DNA of 64,000 bases from Polyangiales bacterium (GCA_044224525.1 JBGAKI010000004.1:20820-84819); one strand, 5' to 3'; positions 29,492 through 39,519 are shown, numbered from the stretch's first letter. Made by a program: numbers and translations. Notes: generated from the sequence alone by a model not told the origin.

Positions 29492-30628
29492 TCATGGATA
29501 GTCGACGGCGTTAGCCGCAACGCAGCCATAGTCAATTTGCACTAAGAACTGCGCAGCGGTGTCGTCGCTATCAAGCGTCACAATCACCTTATCGATCCCG
29601 CTTTGAAAAAGCGCAAGCTTCGCGTTAACAAAGTAGTCTCCGTCAAGCCTAGATCCAAAATAGCGATTGGGCCCGAGCGTATAGTGCGTCACTTCGGAGG
29701 GCGATGCGCCGCCGGTCGGGACACTGAAAAACGTGACCGTGGCAGGATTGGGTGACGATGACGAGTACAGTTGGGCCGACGGTTCGAGATATGCGAGGTA
29801 ACCTGCGGGACACTGGAAATGATTTAGCGAGTACTCATAGGTGTTTTTCTGTGAAAGGGGAGCGGTGGCCTCACCTGGTGCGTTGGCAAAACAAAGGGGG
29901 GTGTGGTTGTTATGCGACACAACGTTATAGCCCCCTATTACGCCTCCAATCAGGACGCCGTCATCGCTTACCGAGACACCGGTTTGAAAGATGTTGCTCA
30001 CTTGGCTGACATACAATGCCTTCATTCCAGCCGGGCAGGCATTGTTTTGCGAGGTTGTGCAGGTTCGAGTGAACTCGAGATCACCCTCAACGTAAAATCG
30101 TGCGTCGCTGTTCGAGAAGCTAATTTGAGCAATGCGGCCGTAGTCTTTTGCTTGAAGCTCATGGGTTGAGATTGCCTCGTAGTCAGCCACCCAATAGATC
30201 GCGTCCAGTGGTCGATCGACCGCTTCGATCGCCCCGTCGCTTGTGTGTTGGACGAGCGTCATCAAAAGATCCCCGCCGGTGTTTTCGCCATTAAGATTGA
30301 CTGCGGTTCGATTGAGGTCATTGCGCACTTTGAGCTTGGTCACCGTGTTGTCGGTACCTTGAGAAACCTTCAAGCCTGCGCGGTAAGCGACGCGGATTTC
30401 TTCGGTGTCGTTCTGCCCACAAAGTGTGGTGTTGGAATCATCAAACGTGGCAACACATGTGCCCATGTCGCAGCTGACGCTGGTGGCCTTAACGCTCGAT
30501 ACCGAACTTGCGCCGTTGTTTTCCCCAAACTCGTTGAGCTGTACCGTGCTGGAACACCCGACCAACACCCAATGCGCTGCACCCAAGACGAATAAGTATT
30601 TGATTTGAAAGCACTTTGTGGCACTCAT
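29492..30628 (-). CDS. Hypothetical lipoprotein
   Basis: Lipobox LVGC; Cys pairs; two CPAG motifs. Confidence 0.7.
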   Translation of the reverse strand: MSATKCFQIKYLFVLGAAHWVLVGCSSTVQLNEFGENNGASSVSSVKATSVSCDMGTCVATFDDSNTTLCGQNDTEEIRVAYRAGLKVSQGTDNTVTKLKVRNDLNRTAVNLNGENTGGDLLMTLVQHTSDGAIEAVDRPLDAIYWVADYEAISTHELQAKDYGRIAQISFSNSDARFYVEGDLEFTRTCTTSQNNACPAGMKALYVSQVSNIFQTGVSVSDDGVLIGGVIGGYNVVSHNNHTPLCFANAPGEATAPLSQKNTYEYSLNHFQCPAGYLAYLEPSAQLYSSSSPNPATVTFFSVPTGGASPSEVTHYTLGPNRYFGSRLDGDYFVNAKLALFQSGIDKVIVTLDSDDTAAQFLVQIDYGCVAANAVDYP

Positions 30629-30776
30629 TTAAGTTAAGCCTCTCCATGATCAGCGATACCATCGCAGACCCAATTATGTAAAATAACAATGCTACTGAAT
30701 TTATAATAGGGTCTCGGCACCTCGTCTAACAAGTGAAAATAAAGTCACCGGTAGCTAACGCTGGGCCTAAGCCATT

Positions 30777-33700
30777 TTAAGCGATGTTGAGTTCTTTGAG
30801 GCGCCGATAGAAGGTGCGGCGTGGGATGGCCAACATGGCGGCAGCGCGGCTGCGATTACCTTTACAAGCACGAAGCGCATTGGCGATCTGTTCACGCTCA
30901 TCGACGCCCGGGCGCAGGCTCATGGCGGCAGGACGCTCGCTACGCCGCATGTCAAAAGAGAACACATCATCGACGTCTATTTCAGCGCGGTCGCTCAGCA
31001 TGCAAAGGTTCACCACGGTGTGCTCAAGCTCACGCACGTTGCCAGCGAATGCGCGGCCTGTAAGCATGTTAAGCGCGGCGGGGCTGATAACACGCGGTGC
31101 ACCTTTGAGCTTGGCCTGTTTATGTAAGAAGTGTTTGATTAGCAGCGCAATGTCCTCGCGGCGTTCTCGCAAGGGTGCGATGCGCATTTGCAGCGCCTGT
31201 AGGCGATAGAAAAGGTCTTGGCGGAAAGCGCCCCTCTTAACCAAGTCTTCGAGTGCTTCGGTGGTCGATGCAATGAAACGCACACTCACCGGTATCGGAG
31301 CATGGGACCCAACGGGGTACACAACGCCGTCTTGGATCACCCGCAGTAAGATGGCTTGAACACGCGGCGAGAGATCTTGCACACCATCAAGATAAAGAGT
31401 GCCACCTGAGGCTTGTCGAATGAACCCCACCTGATCGCTGCGCGCGTCAGTAAATGCGCCTGCAACGTAGCCAAAAAGAAGCGATTCCGCCAGGCTATCT
31501 GGCAACGACGCCGACGAGACAACCACATAGGGCCCAGTGCTTCGTGGGCTCGCGGCATGAATGGCATGTGCAAAAAGATCCTTGCCTACGCCGCTCTCTC
31601 CCACAATCACCACTGGCAATTGTGTTGCGCTGATACGCTCGGCGAACTCGATCGCAGCGCGCATGGCGGCGCTGCGTGCGATGATGCCTTGAAAAGCACT
31701 ACGCCCTTTGACTGGGGTTGTGTGCTCGTCCAGTTGAACTTTAAGCTTCGATACCTCGTAGATGCGATCGGTCAAAAGGCGTTCGAGCTCGTGGTTCGCC
31801 GATTCAAGCTTTAGATAAGCCTGCTCAAGCTCGGTTTGTTTGGCGCGTTTGTCTTCAAGCCAACGCAACTTATCAAGACACAGCGCGGCCTGATCAGCGA
31901 ACGCGCTAAGCAACATCACATCGTCGACACCGAGCGCGCTATTGTCGGCTTTACTTTCAATATACATCACGCCCATCACGTCGTGGGCACCGCGGATGGG
32001 AAACGCGGCAATCGACAGCAACTCACGCTGATGTACCGAGGCGTATTGCGACAATCGAGCGTCGAGTTTTGCGTTGTGGCTGATGATCGGCTCGCCGTCG
32101 CTCCATGCCGACTCGACGATCGACCGGCTATAGACCAGGGGTGCATCGCTGGTCGTTTCGCGTTCGATGACCCTGGCAATGAGCTCGCCCTGTTCGTTCG
32201 GCAAGAGCAATAGTACCTCCTCGGCATGCGCCAGTTGCTTGGCACCAAGGGCAATTTGTTTCAGTAATGCGTCGATGTTGTCTTCTCGCGCCATCTGATG
32301 CACACACCCGAGTAGCAAATGAACGCGTTTGTCGAGCACGCCCATACGCGTGATCATGCTGCGATGTTCGCTGACGCCAGATGCTTGCGAGTCACCCACA
32401 CTCTGTCGCACGAGAGCACGCAACGGGTGGCGCCAAAAAGCACTACGAATATCCGGGGTCAGGCTCGACGCCATGGCGCGCAATAGTTCATACGACGACT
32501 GCCTCAATGCGTTCGCTTCGTCGGCGTTGTTTTGTTGCTCGGCAATGTCCGACCACAGAAAAAGCAACTGCCATTCAAGATCGCGGTCGCCGCGCTGGCG
32601 CGCGTGATCCAACGATGCTTTGAGCGACTCGGCCTTGACGGTGCGCCGTTCGCGCAACGCTACGCGCGTGCGGTACAAAACGCTCTTAGCGAAAAATTCG
32701 CTTAGGTGGTGCTTGCCAACCAACTCATCGACACGTGTCAGCATCGTATCGAGTGCTTGACCAATCACAGCAGGGGCGTTCTGAAGATCGAGCTCAGTAT
32801 CCAGGGCCTCGTCGAGGCGAATACGCACGATATCGAGCAAAAGTTCGGCCACCTCACGGTTTTGACCCAGCGCGTCGTAACCCCTGAGAACGCGATCATA
32901 ATGCTCGGCGGCTTCTTTGAGGCGCCCCGATCGCAGGCATACTTCTGCGAGAATGGCACACGCGTGTAACGCTGACGTGTCAAGCCCGCGCGCAGATGCT
33001 TCGCGTTCAGCTTCTTCAGCCAACACCGATGCACGTTCTTTCATTCCCACGAACAGAAACCAACTTGCAAGGTTGTTCTTAGCGATAATGCCCGTTGAGT
33101 AACGCCCGACGCGCAGGGCAAGTTTGATCGCGTGTTGATAGCAGTCCGCTGCCGTCAACAGGTCTCCAAGCAAAAACGCGATGCCACCAAGATTGAGCGC
33201 AAGGTTGGCCTCGCTGGCCAAATCATGCATGCGACGCGCGATCTCGCGACTGCGTTCGTAGAGCTCTTTGGCTTCGCGCAGTCGCCCTTGCCGCTGCAAA
33301 TCGATGGCAAGATACGTGCGAGCGATCGACTCTTCTCGTGTCAATCCAAGCTCAACGGCCAGCGCGATGGCTTGCTGATAGAATTCACATGCATGCTCAT
33401 GTGCGCCGCGATAACTCGACACCACCCCAAGCGAGGTCAACAAGTCGATTCGATGAGGGTCTTTGGTTGCACACTTTGTAAGGCCCTGCTCTGCTGCACG
33501 CACAACCTCATCGTAGTCGCCTTTGCGCAGTGCAATGCGCGCCCGCTCCTTCAAAATAAGGATTTGTGAGAGCTGGTCCGACGGCGTACCCAGCCCGTCG
33601 AGCATGTGTCGTGCAGTATCAGGTTCACCGGCCGACACTGAGGCCTTTGAATAAAGCAACGCCGCGCGAACGCGGGTATGTTCCTCGCGAGCATAATTGA

Positions 33701-35750
33701 AGCCTCGCTCTGCCGCGGCTTTCGCCTCGACGTAATCGCCAAGATTAAATGAGATCTCTGATATCTGGAGTGCATCTGCCGCATTGGGCGTCTCAGACAT
33801 CGCATTAATCTGCACCAATGCGTCATAAGCATCTTTCCACTGTTCATGCTTAATCAAATCACTGGCCAGCTCGCGAAACGCATTTACTTTGACGCTTGCG
33901 TCGGAAAGTTCACAAATTAACGAGGCTCTTAGATCACGGCTTATGCCAGGGTGAGCCGCACCCGCGCCAAACACCCAGTTCGCCAGAGCGTTCATGGTTG
34001 CTTGGCCACGACGCGACAGCAGCAGCTCCTGCACCGCTCGTTCGGCAATTTGCAAACCAGCCACGCTGTGTACCACGAGGTGTCGGCGAATCAGATCAGC
34101 AACGACGCGTTCAAGTGCAATCGCGTCCTGCTTACTTAAGACGTGCGACAGGATGTCTTGCAATACATGCGGATCAACTGGCGCCTTAAAAAGCGCGATT
34201 GCTTTGAGCACGGTTGTCTGCAATGCGTCGCAGTCTTTGAGGTATTGCGCGGCCAAGGCCATGCGTGCACGACCCTGAGGCAAAGCCAAAATATCCTCTG
34301 TGGTAACAAGTTCTGCCTCGGAAAGTCTGCGCAGCACGTCAAGCACAACAGAGGGCACAGCGTGCGTTACGTCGATGACAGCTGCACGCATGCGGGCATC
34401 GAGTTGCACGTTTGTTTCGCGCGCGAGTTCATCGATCGCCGTGTCGTCAAGCAGGGGCAATGGGTGATGCAGATGCGTCGCGAAATTTGCGCTTCCCTCA
34501 CGTTTTACATCGGACGCCGTGGCGATCACCGTCATCGGTTGAACATGCCGCTCGCCAACAAGTGTCAACATCGAAGCGACAAAAGTGCGTTCGAGTTCAT
34601 CACAATCATCGATCAGGAAAACCAATGGCCCGTGTTGCGTTAGGCGTTGCGCCAAGCTGACAAGGTGTTCATAGGGCCCCAGCACTTGAGTGGTCGATGT
34701 TGTTGCCGCACGCGTCTGTGTGGACGACAGATCGGCAATCATCAACATGGTCTCTAGCAATTTGGCCAGATCATTGATGTTTTTTTCTTGGAGTGACGAT
34801 GTTTCGACGACTTGAACACCCCTGAGCTGTAAACGCCATTTTAGCTGAGTCAGAAAAGTGCTTTTGCCTTGACCAGGTTCACCGACAAGCAAGGCTGCGC
34901 GGGCTTGAAGTGCTTCGCTTGATTGAAGTGCCAGTGCTTCAAGGTGCTGCAGAAGTGCGTGTTGTCCCCGCGGTTGCGGAGAAATAAACCCTGGCTCGTT
35001 AAACGTCAGTGTTTTGTCCAGCGAGTGTAATGCGCTTTGAAAATCCAACGCTGACGCCATACGCGCGTGCAGTGCAGGCTCGGTAGCGTGTTTGGTCAAA
35101 GTTAATAGCTTCGCGTGCAGCGCAGACTCGTCGCTCGCGGGTTGACGACTGGTTAGAATGTTGTGCAGCGTCGCGCCCAACGCATACACATCGCTTAACA
35201 CCGATGGGTTTGCACCCGCACGCACCTCCGGAGCCATAAACGCGTAGGTGCCGCCGTGCAGCCCCGCGAGACCTTCGTGATATAGGCGTGCAAGGCCAAA
35301 GTCGATAATCGTTGGGTTATCATTTGGATCAATGACAATGTTTTTAGGTTTGAGGTCACCGTGAATGACACCGCGACGGTGTAGTGCAGCAACGGTGCCC
35401 GTCACTTCAATAAAGATGCGCAGCAGCGCATTGAGACTAAGTCGAACACTCGCGACGTCAAGGGTGTCACCATCAACATAACGTCGAGTGAAGAAAGGTT
35501 TGGCCGGCGCGCCGTGCTCGCGATGGTCAAGGCCGAAATCGTATACTTGCGCGACCCCAGGCAACGTGATCGACGACAGCACCCAAAACTCTCGTTCGAA
35601 CGCACGGTGTAAGAGTTCATCAGCGCGGGTATGCAAAACCTTGAGCGCAAATTGCCGACCGGCGTTTAGTGCATCTTCGACGAGGTAAACGCTGCCTGCG
35701 CCACCTTGTCCAAGGCTCTGGATAACGCGATAGCGACCAAAACTCTCCAT
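30777..35750 (-). CDS. Hybrid Ser/Thr kinase - AAA ATPase - TPR - GAF - sigma54 activator - Fis HTH
   Basis: GQGGAG/ALK/HGDLKPKN/DFG/APE; GEPGQGKS; TPR helices; GAF; GESGVGKD, GAFTDA, FRQDLFYRL, GNVREL; GNRSRAAAML. Confidence 0.92.
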   Translation of the reverse strand: MESFGRYRVIQSLGQGGAGSVYLVEDALNAGRQFALKVLHTRADELLHRAFEREFWVLSSITLPGVAQVYDFGLDHREHGAPAKPFFTRRYVDGDTLDVASVRLSLNALLRIFIEVTGTVAALHRRGVIHGDLKPKNIVIDPNDNPTIIDFGLARLYHEGLAGLHGGTYAFMAPEVRAGANPSVLSDVYALGATLHNILTSRQPASDESALHAKLLTLTKHATEPALHARMASALDFQSALHSLDKTLTFNEPGFISPQPRGQHALLQHLEALALQSSEALQARAALLVGEPGQGKSTFLTQLKWRLQLRGVQVVETSSLQEKNINDLAKLLETMLMIADLSSTQTRAATTSTTQVLGPYEHLVSLAQRLTQHGPLVFLIDDCDELERTFVASMLTLVGERHVQPMTVIATASDVKREGSANFATHLHHPLPLLDDTAIDELARETNVQLDARMRAAVIDVTHAVPSVVLDVLRRLSEAELVTTEDILALPQGRARMALAAQYLKDCDALQTTVLKAIALFKAPVDPHVLQDILSHVLSKQDAIALERVVADLIRRHLVVHSVAGLQIAERAVQELLLSRRGQATMNALANWVFGAGAAHPGISRDLRASLICELSDASVKVNAFRELASDLIKHEQWKDAYDALVQINAMSETPNAADALQISEISFNLGDYVEAKAAAERGFNYAREEHTRVRAALLYSKASVSAGEPDTARHMLDGLGTPSDQLSQILILKERARIALRKGDYDEVVRAAEQGLTKCATKDPHRIDLLTSLGVVSSYRGAHEHACEFYQQAIALAVELGLTREESIARTYLAIDLQRQGRLREAKELYERSREIARRMHDLASEANLALNLGGIAFLLGDLLTAADCYQHAIKLALRVGRYSTGIIAKNNLASWFLFVGMKERASVLAEEAEREASARGLDTSALHACAILAEVCLRSGRLKEAAEHYDRVLRGYDALGQNREVAELLLDIVRIRLDEALDTELDLQNAPAVIGQALDTMLTRVDELVGKHHLSEFFAKSVLYRTRVALRERRTVKAESLKASLDHARQRGDRDLEWQLLFLWSDIAEQQNNADEANALRQSSYELLRAMASSLTPDIRSAFWRHPLRALVRQSVGDSQASGVSEHRSMITRMGVLDKRVHLLLGCVHQMAREDNIDALLKQIALGAKQLAHAEEVLLLLPNEQGELIARVIERETTSDAPLVYSRSIVESAWSDGEPIISHNAKLDARLSQYASVHQRELLSIAAFPIRGAHDVMGVMYIESKADNSALGVDDVMLLSAFADQAALCLDKLRWLEDKRAKQTELEQAYLKLESANHELERLLTDRIYEVSKLKVQLDEHTTPVKGRSAFQGIIARSAAMRAAIEFAERISATQLPVVIVGESGVGKDLFAHAIHAASPRSTGPYVVVSSASLPDSLAESLLFGYVAGAFTDARSDQVGFIRQASGGTLYLDGVQDLSPRVQAILLRVIQDGVVYPVGSHAPIPVSVRFIASTTEALEDLVKRGAFRQDLFYRLQALQMRIAPLRERREDIALLIKHFLHKQAKLKGAPRVISPAALNMLTGRAFAGNVRELEHTVVNLCMLSDRAEIDVDDVFSFDMRRSERPAAMSLRPGVDEREQIANALRACKGNRSRAAAMLAIPRRTFYRRLKELNIA

Positions 35751-35753
35751 CGA

Positions 35754-36953
35754 TCAAACCACGATAAAACCAGCATCACGCACCGCTTTTTCGAGCTGCT
35801 CGAGATGATCAAAACCGCGCGTTTCAATCAAGATCTCGATCGCGGTTTGCCCCAGAGGAATGCGCGGACTAACACGGTCGTGATAGATTTGCAGCACGTT
35901 ACCCCCTTCTGAACCGATGATCGCAAGCAAGCTCGCCAAGGACCCCGGTTGGTCGCTCATACGCACTTTGATGCGCATTTGTCGTCCAGAAGCGATCAAA
36001 CCACGATCAATGATGCGCGCAACCAGGTTTACGTCGATGTTGCCGCCGGAAATAATTAACACGACTTTCTTTCCATGAAGCGGCAGGTTGTACTGTCTCA
36101 ACGCTGCAAGAGGCAATGCGCCTGCACCCTCCGCGACGGTTTTTTCGCGTTCCAGCAAAATCAGAATGGCCTCGGAAATTGCCTCATCGTCGACGACAAG
36201 GACATCGTCAAGGTACTTAGACGCGATCTGGAAGTTGCGATCACCGATACGCGATACCGCCGTGCCATCGGCGATGGTCTTTTGCCCTTGAACTTTGGTC
36301 GGTTCACCATGTTCGAAGGCGCGTTGCATCGACGGCACCGCCTTGGGTTCAACGCCGTAGATCTTAACATTGGGACGCACTTCTTTGACCGCCATGGCGA
36401 TGCCGGCTACCAAACCGCCACCGCCTACCGAAACAAGAATGGCGTCGAGATCAGGGACTTGTTCGAGTAGCTCAAGACCTATCGTGCCTTGCCCTGCGAT
36501 GACGTCGTCATCATCGAAGGGGTGAACGAAGGTCAACTTTTGTTCGTTGCACAAGCGCGTTGCTTCTTGAAAGGCCTCATCGAGATTGGTGCCACTCAAA
36601 ATGACATTCGCACCAAACGAGCGCGTTGCACTCACCTTAACCAGGGGGGTGGTTTTAGGCATCACGATGGTGGCGGCTATGCCAAGCGTGCGCGCTTGAT
36701 AGGCGACCGCTTGGGCATGATTGCCGGCGCTCATGGCAATGACGCCCGCGCGCCGTTCGGCATCGCTGAGCCTAAGCAACTTATTGTTGGCGCCGCGCTC
36801 TTTAAATGAACCTGTCATCTGCAGGTTTTCAAGCTTGAGGTGCACCTCGCAACCGAACATTTCTGATAGTTGCCTAGAACATGGGCATGGCGATACGTAG
36901 ATTGAATCGGCGATGCGCGCGCGCGCCTGAATAATATCTTCGCGGGTGATCAT
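35754..36953 (-). CDS. ilvA: Threonine ammonia-lyase with a single ACT domain
   Basis: KLENLQMTGSFKERGA, SAGNHAQ, HPFDD, GQGT, GGGGL, SGGNID, C-terminal DQPGSL ACT domain. Confidence 0.95.
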   Translation of the reverse strand: MITREDIIQARARIADSIYVSPCPCSRQLSEMFGCEVHLKLENLQMTGSFKERGANNKLLRLSDAERRAGVIAMSAGNHAQAVAYQARTLGIAATIVMPKTTPLVKVSATRSFGANVILSGTNLDEAFQEATRLCNEQKLTFVHPFDDDDVIAGQGTIGLELLEQVPDLDAILVSVGGGGLVAGIAMAVKEVRPNVKIYGVEPKAVPSMQRAFEHGEPTKVQGQKTIADGTAVSRIGDRNFQIASKYLDDVLVVDDEAISEAILILLEREKTVAEGAGALPLAALRQYNLPLHGKKVVLIISGGNIDVNLVARIIDRGLIASGRQMRIKVRMSDQPGSLASLLAIIGSEGGNVLQIYHDRVSPRIPLGQTAIEILIETRGFDHLEQLEKAVRDAGFIVV

Positions 36954-38311
36954 TGGTCTTCCAGCTCATCCCAGGATTGCTCATCAACATCGATGTCGTC
37001 GTTGGCTTCACTGACGATGACCTCGGGATCATCGCCTGGGATATCGTTCTTTTTGGTTGGTGCCATGCTATTGGGAAATGCCGAAGAGAGTGCGTGGTCA
37101 ATATCGTGATCGTTTACGTTGGTGTTGTCTTTGGGATGACCACTGGCACGTTGACTGGCACGTGCAGCAGGTTTAGGGCCTTGAAGGTGTTCACCCAAAT
37201 CAGCCGATAGTGCGTCAAAAGCGCCGAACACCGGCAAAGGCTTAAGTGGCGCGAGCTTTCCTTGTGCGGGAGGGGGTTTGAGGCGCACAAAGCCATCCAC
37301 CATGTGATCGAGCGTCTTACGATCGACGCCAAACACGCCACCCTGCACGGCACCACCTTTGCTTTTACGTGGGTCAGGGGGTAGCCGCGGGCCAATGTAA
37401 TCAGACAGAACGCTAGCACCTAATCGCCATTGGTTTTCTTTAGCAAAAGTCTCGAGCGTCGTGATTAATTCGCGCGCGCTACCGATGCGTCGATTGGGAT
37501 CTTTTTCAAGCGCGCTTAAAATAAGTGCTTCAAGATCATCGGGTAGATCGTCGCGCCACACCTGTGGGGGTGTGACGTTGCCCTTAAGCATGGTGTCGAT
37601 GCTAGAAAGATGATCGCCGCCAAAAAGCCGCTTTGCTGTAACCAGCTCATAAAACAACACCCCCCAGGAAAAAATATCGGCGCGCGCATCGACGGCCTTG
37701 CCTTTAACCTGTTCGGGTGCTGCATAGCCGACGGTGCCTTTGAGATCACCTTTTTGTGCAGCGTCGTGTAAGACGCTGGTGGCCGCACCAAAGTCGATCA
37801 GTTTTACCCAGCCATCTTTTTGCACGTATACGTTTTTGGGAGAGATGTCACGATGAACAATTTTTAGCGGACGACCCTCGTCATTTTCAATGTTGTGCAG
37901 ATGGTCGAGCGCATAGGCCAGCTGCAAGAAGCAATTAGCCAACACTTCGAGCGCAATCGGGGTGTTGCTCGCTGCGGATTCTTGCAATAGATGCAGTAGG
38001 TTCACGCCACGCACGTACTCAACCGCCATAAACACCGATTGGGGTGAACGCCCAAAATCATAAATCTGTACAAGATTGGGATGCGCGATATGACTCATCA
38101 AGCGTGCTTCAAGGGTAAACGACTCAACCGAGGCAGGCACTTCTTGTAGGTGCGCGAGAAGTTGGCGCACCACAACCCGTCGCTGAAACCCAGCTTCACA
38201 TTGATAAGATGCCAGATAGGCTTCGGCCGTTGCACCAGCGCCTAAGCGATGGGTCAATTGATAGGTGTTTTTGCTAGTCGGCTTTTCCACGGTGGTGTCG
38301 CGAATAGCCAT
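36950..38311 (-). CDS. Ser/Thr protein kinase-like protein
   Basis: LGAGATA, HPNLV, HRDISPKN, DFG, GTVGYAAPEQ, DIFSWG; acidic tail. Confidence 0.9.
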   Translation of the reverse strand: MAIRDTTVEKPTSKNTYQLTHRLGAGATAEAYLASYQCEAGFQRRVVVRQLLAHLQEVPASVESFTLEARLMSHIAHPNLVQIYDFGRSPQSVFMAVEYVRGVNLLHLLQESAASNTPIALEVLANCFLQLAYALDHLHNIENDEGRPLKIVHRDISPKNVYVQKDGWVKLIDFGAATSVLHDAAQKGDLKGTVGYAAPEQVKGKAVDARADIFSWGVLFYELVTAKRLFGGDHLSSIDTMLKGNVTPPQVWRDDLPDDLEALILSALEKDPNRRIGSARELITTLETFAKENQWRLGASVLSDYIGPRLPPDPRKSKGGAVQGGVFGVDRKTLDHMVDGFVRLKPPPAQGKLAPLKPLPVFGAFDALSADLGEHLQGPKPAARASQRASGHPKDNTNVNDHDIDHALSSAFPNSMAPTKKNDIPGDDPEVIVSEANDDIDVDEQSWDELEDQ

Positions 38312-38423
38312 ACTATATCATCTTCCCTTTGCTTATACAGCTTTGCATATTAAATGCCCTAACCCCCGCGTGACAAGGCATCTAACCTGACCTAGACTGC
38401 GGCAACATTGACGGCATTTAGCT

Positions 38424-39299
38424 ATGACCCGCTCCGCGTTATCCGAATCGAACACACCGCAACTTTTGGCCAACAAGGTGATCTTGGTGACGGGGGCTGG
38501 GCGCGGTCTTGGGCGAGCCCATGCACTCTATTTTTCTGAGCTTGGGGCCACAGTGATCCTGATCGACAGTGGCGTGGGTCTTGATGGCACCCAACCTGAT
38601 CCGAGCGTCGTGGCCGACACCGCGCGCTTAATCCGCGCCAAGCGTCGAACGGTGTTTGACTATGCAGTCGACCTAACCGACGCCAAGGCCCTCGAAGACA
38701 CCCTGCGAGATGCACTCAGCCAAACGGGGCAGCTTGACGGTGTGGTGCATTGCGCTGGCATCGCACGTCCGGGCGCGCTTCAAAATCTTAGCCAGGATGA
38801 CGTGGAAGCGCAGGTGGCCATCGATCTGAAGGCGACGATTAAGCTTGCGCAACTGTGCAGCGACCATATGCGAGTCAGGCGCGCGGGCAGTTTGCTCTTT
38901 TGCACTTCACCGAGTTTTGCTCAAGGGGTGATCCACCAGGCATTGCAGCAAGCATGTGCCAGCAGCGTGATCGGTTTGACGCGTTCGCTGGCCGTCGAGC
39001 TTGCGCGCTATCAAATACGCGTAAACGCATTGGCCGCAACCGCTAAAACGCGTATGACCGAGCAGCTGCCCTTGTTCAAAGATGGCAAGGCGGACACACT
39101 CAGCGTAGAGCGCGTGGCGCCCGTGTCTGCGTTTTTGATGTCTGATCTATCGACGCATATCTCGGGAGAGGTGATCGGGGTGGCGGGTGCACGCGTCTTC
39201 ACCTTCGCTTTTCGTGAAACCCCAGGTCATTATTTTGAAGAGTCGAGCGACGCGGCCACCATCGCTAACGAATGGCGTTCGATCCAGGCACTACGCTAA
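38424..39299 (+). CDS. Short-chain dehydrogenase/reductase-fold protein
   Basis: VILVTGAGRGLG Rossmann motif, LDGVVHCAGI, LTRSLAVELARYQIRVNAL; the catalytic YxxxK is absent. Confidence 0.85.
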   Translation: MTRSALSESNTPQLLANKVILVTGAGRGLGRAHALYFSELGATVILIDSGVGLDGTQPDPSVVADTARLIRAKRRTVFDYAVDLTDAKALEDTLRDALSQTGQLDGVVHCAGIARPGALQNLSQDDVEAQVAIDLKATIKLAQLCSDHMRVRRAGSLLFCTSPSFAQGVIHQALQQACASSVIGLTRSLAVELARYQIRVNALAATAKTRMTEQLPLFKDGKADTLSVERVAPVSAFLMSDLSTHISGEVIGVAGARVFTFAFRETPGHYFEESSDAATIANEWRSIQALR

Positions 39300-39301
39300 A
39301 A

Positions 39302-39430
39302 CAAAGGGAGGTTGAGTTGAGCGAGTCCACGGGAGGTCAACCCCGCTCACTAAGCGCTACGCCTTCGGCTTCGCGAATCGTTCGCTACTGTTTAATCTCC
39401 CGAACACCCTCTAAACTAACCCTCCCTTTG
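39302..39430. other. Structured intergenic element A (candidate ncRNA or MITE-like repeat)
   Basis: Terminal inverted repeat CAAAGGGAGG...CCTCCCTTTG with internal hairpins; shares motifs with 40728-40850. Confidence 0.5.
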
Positions 39431-39458
39431 CTGTAAAGCAGCGAAAAGATAACCCGAG

Positions 39459-39519
39459 TTAAGCAGCGCCGCTGCGCTGCGAGTACTACCTTAAGCAGCG
39501 CCGCGAGGCGCTGCGAGTA
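39459..39519. repeat. Two direct copies of a GC hairpin
   Basis: TTAAGCAGCGC-(CGCT or CGCGAG)-GCGCTGCGAGTA at 39459 and 39491. Confidence 0.8.

Noticed and set aside
39302-39430. 6S RNA or SRP RNA
   Set aside because: About 130 nt is short for 6S, the SRP domain IV motif (CAGG..GNRA..AGCAG) is missing, and a related second copy nearby argues for a repeat family.
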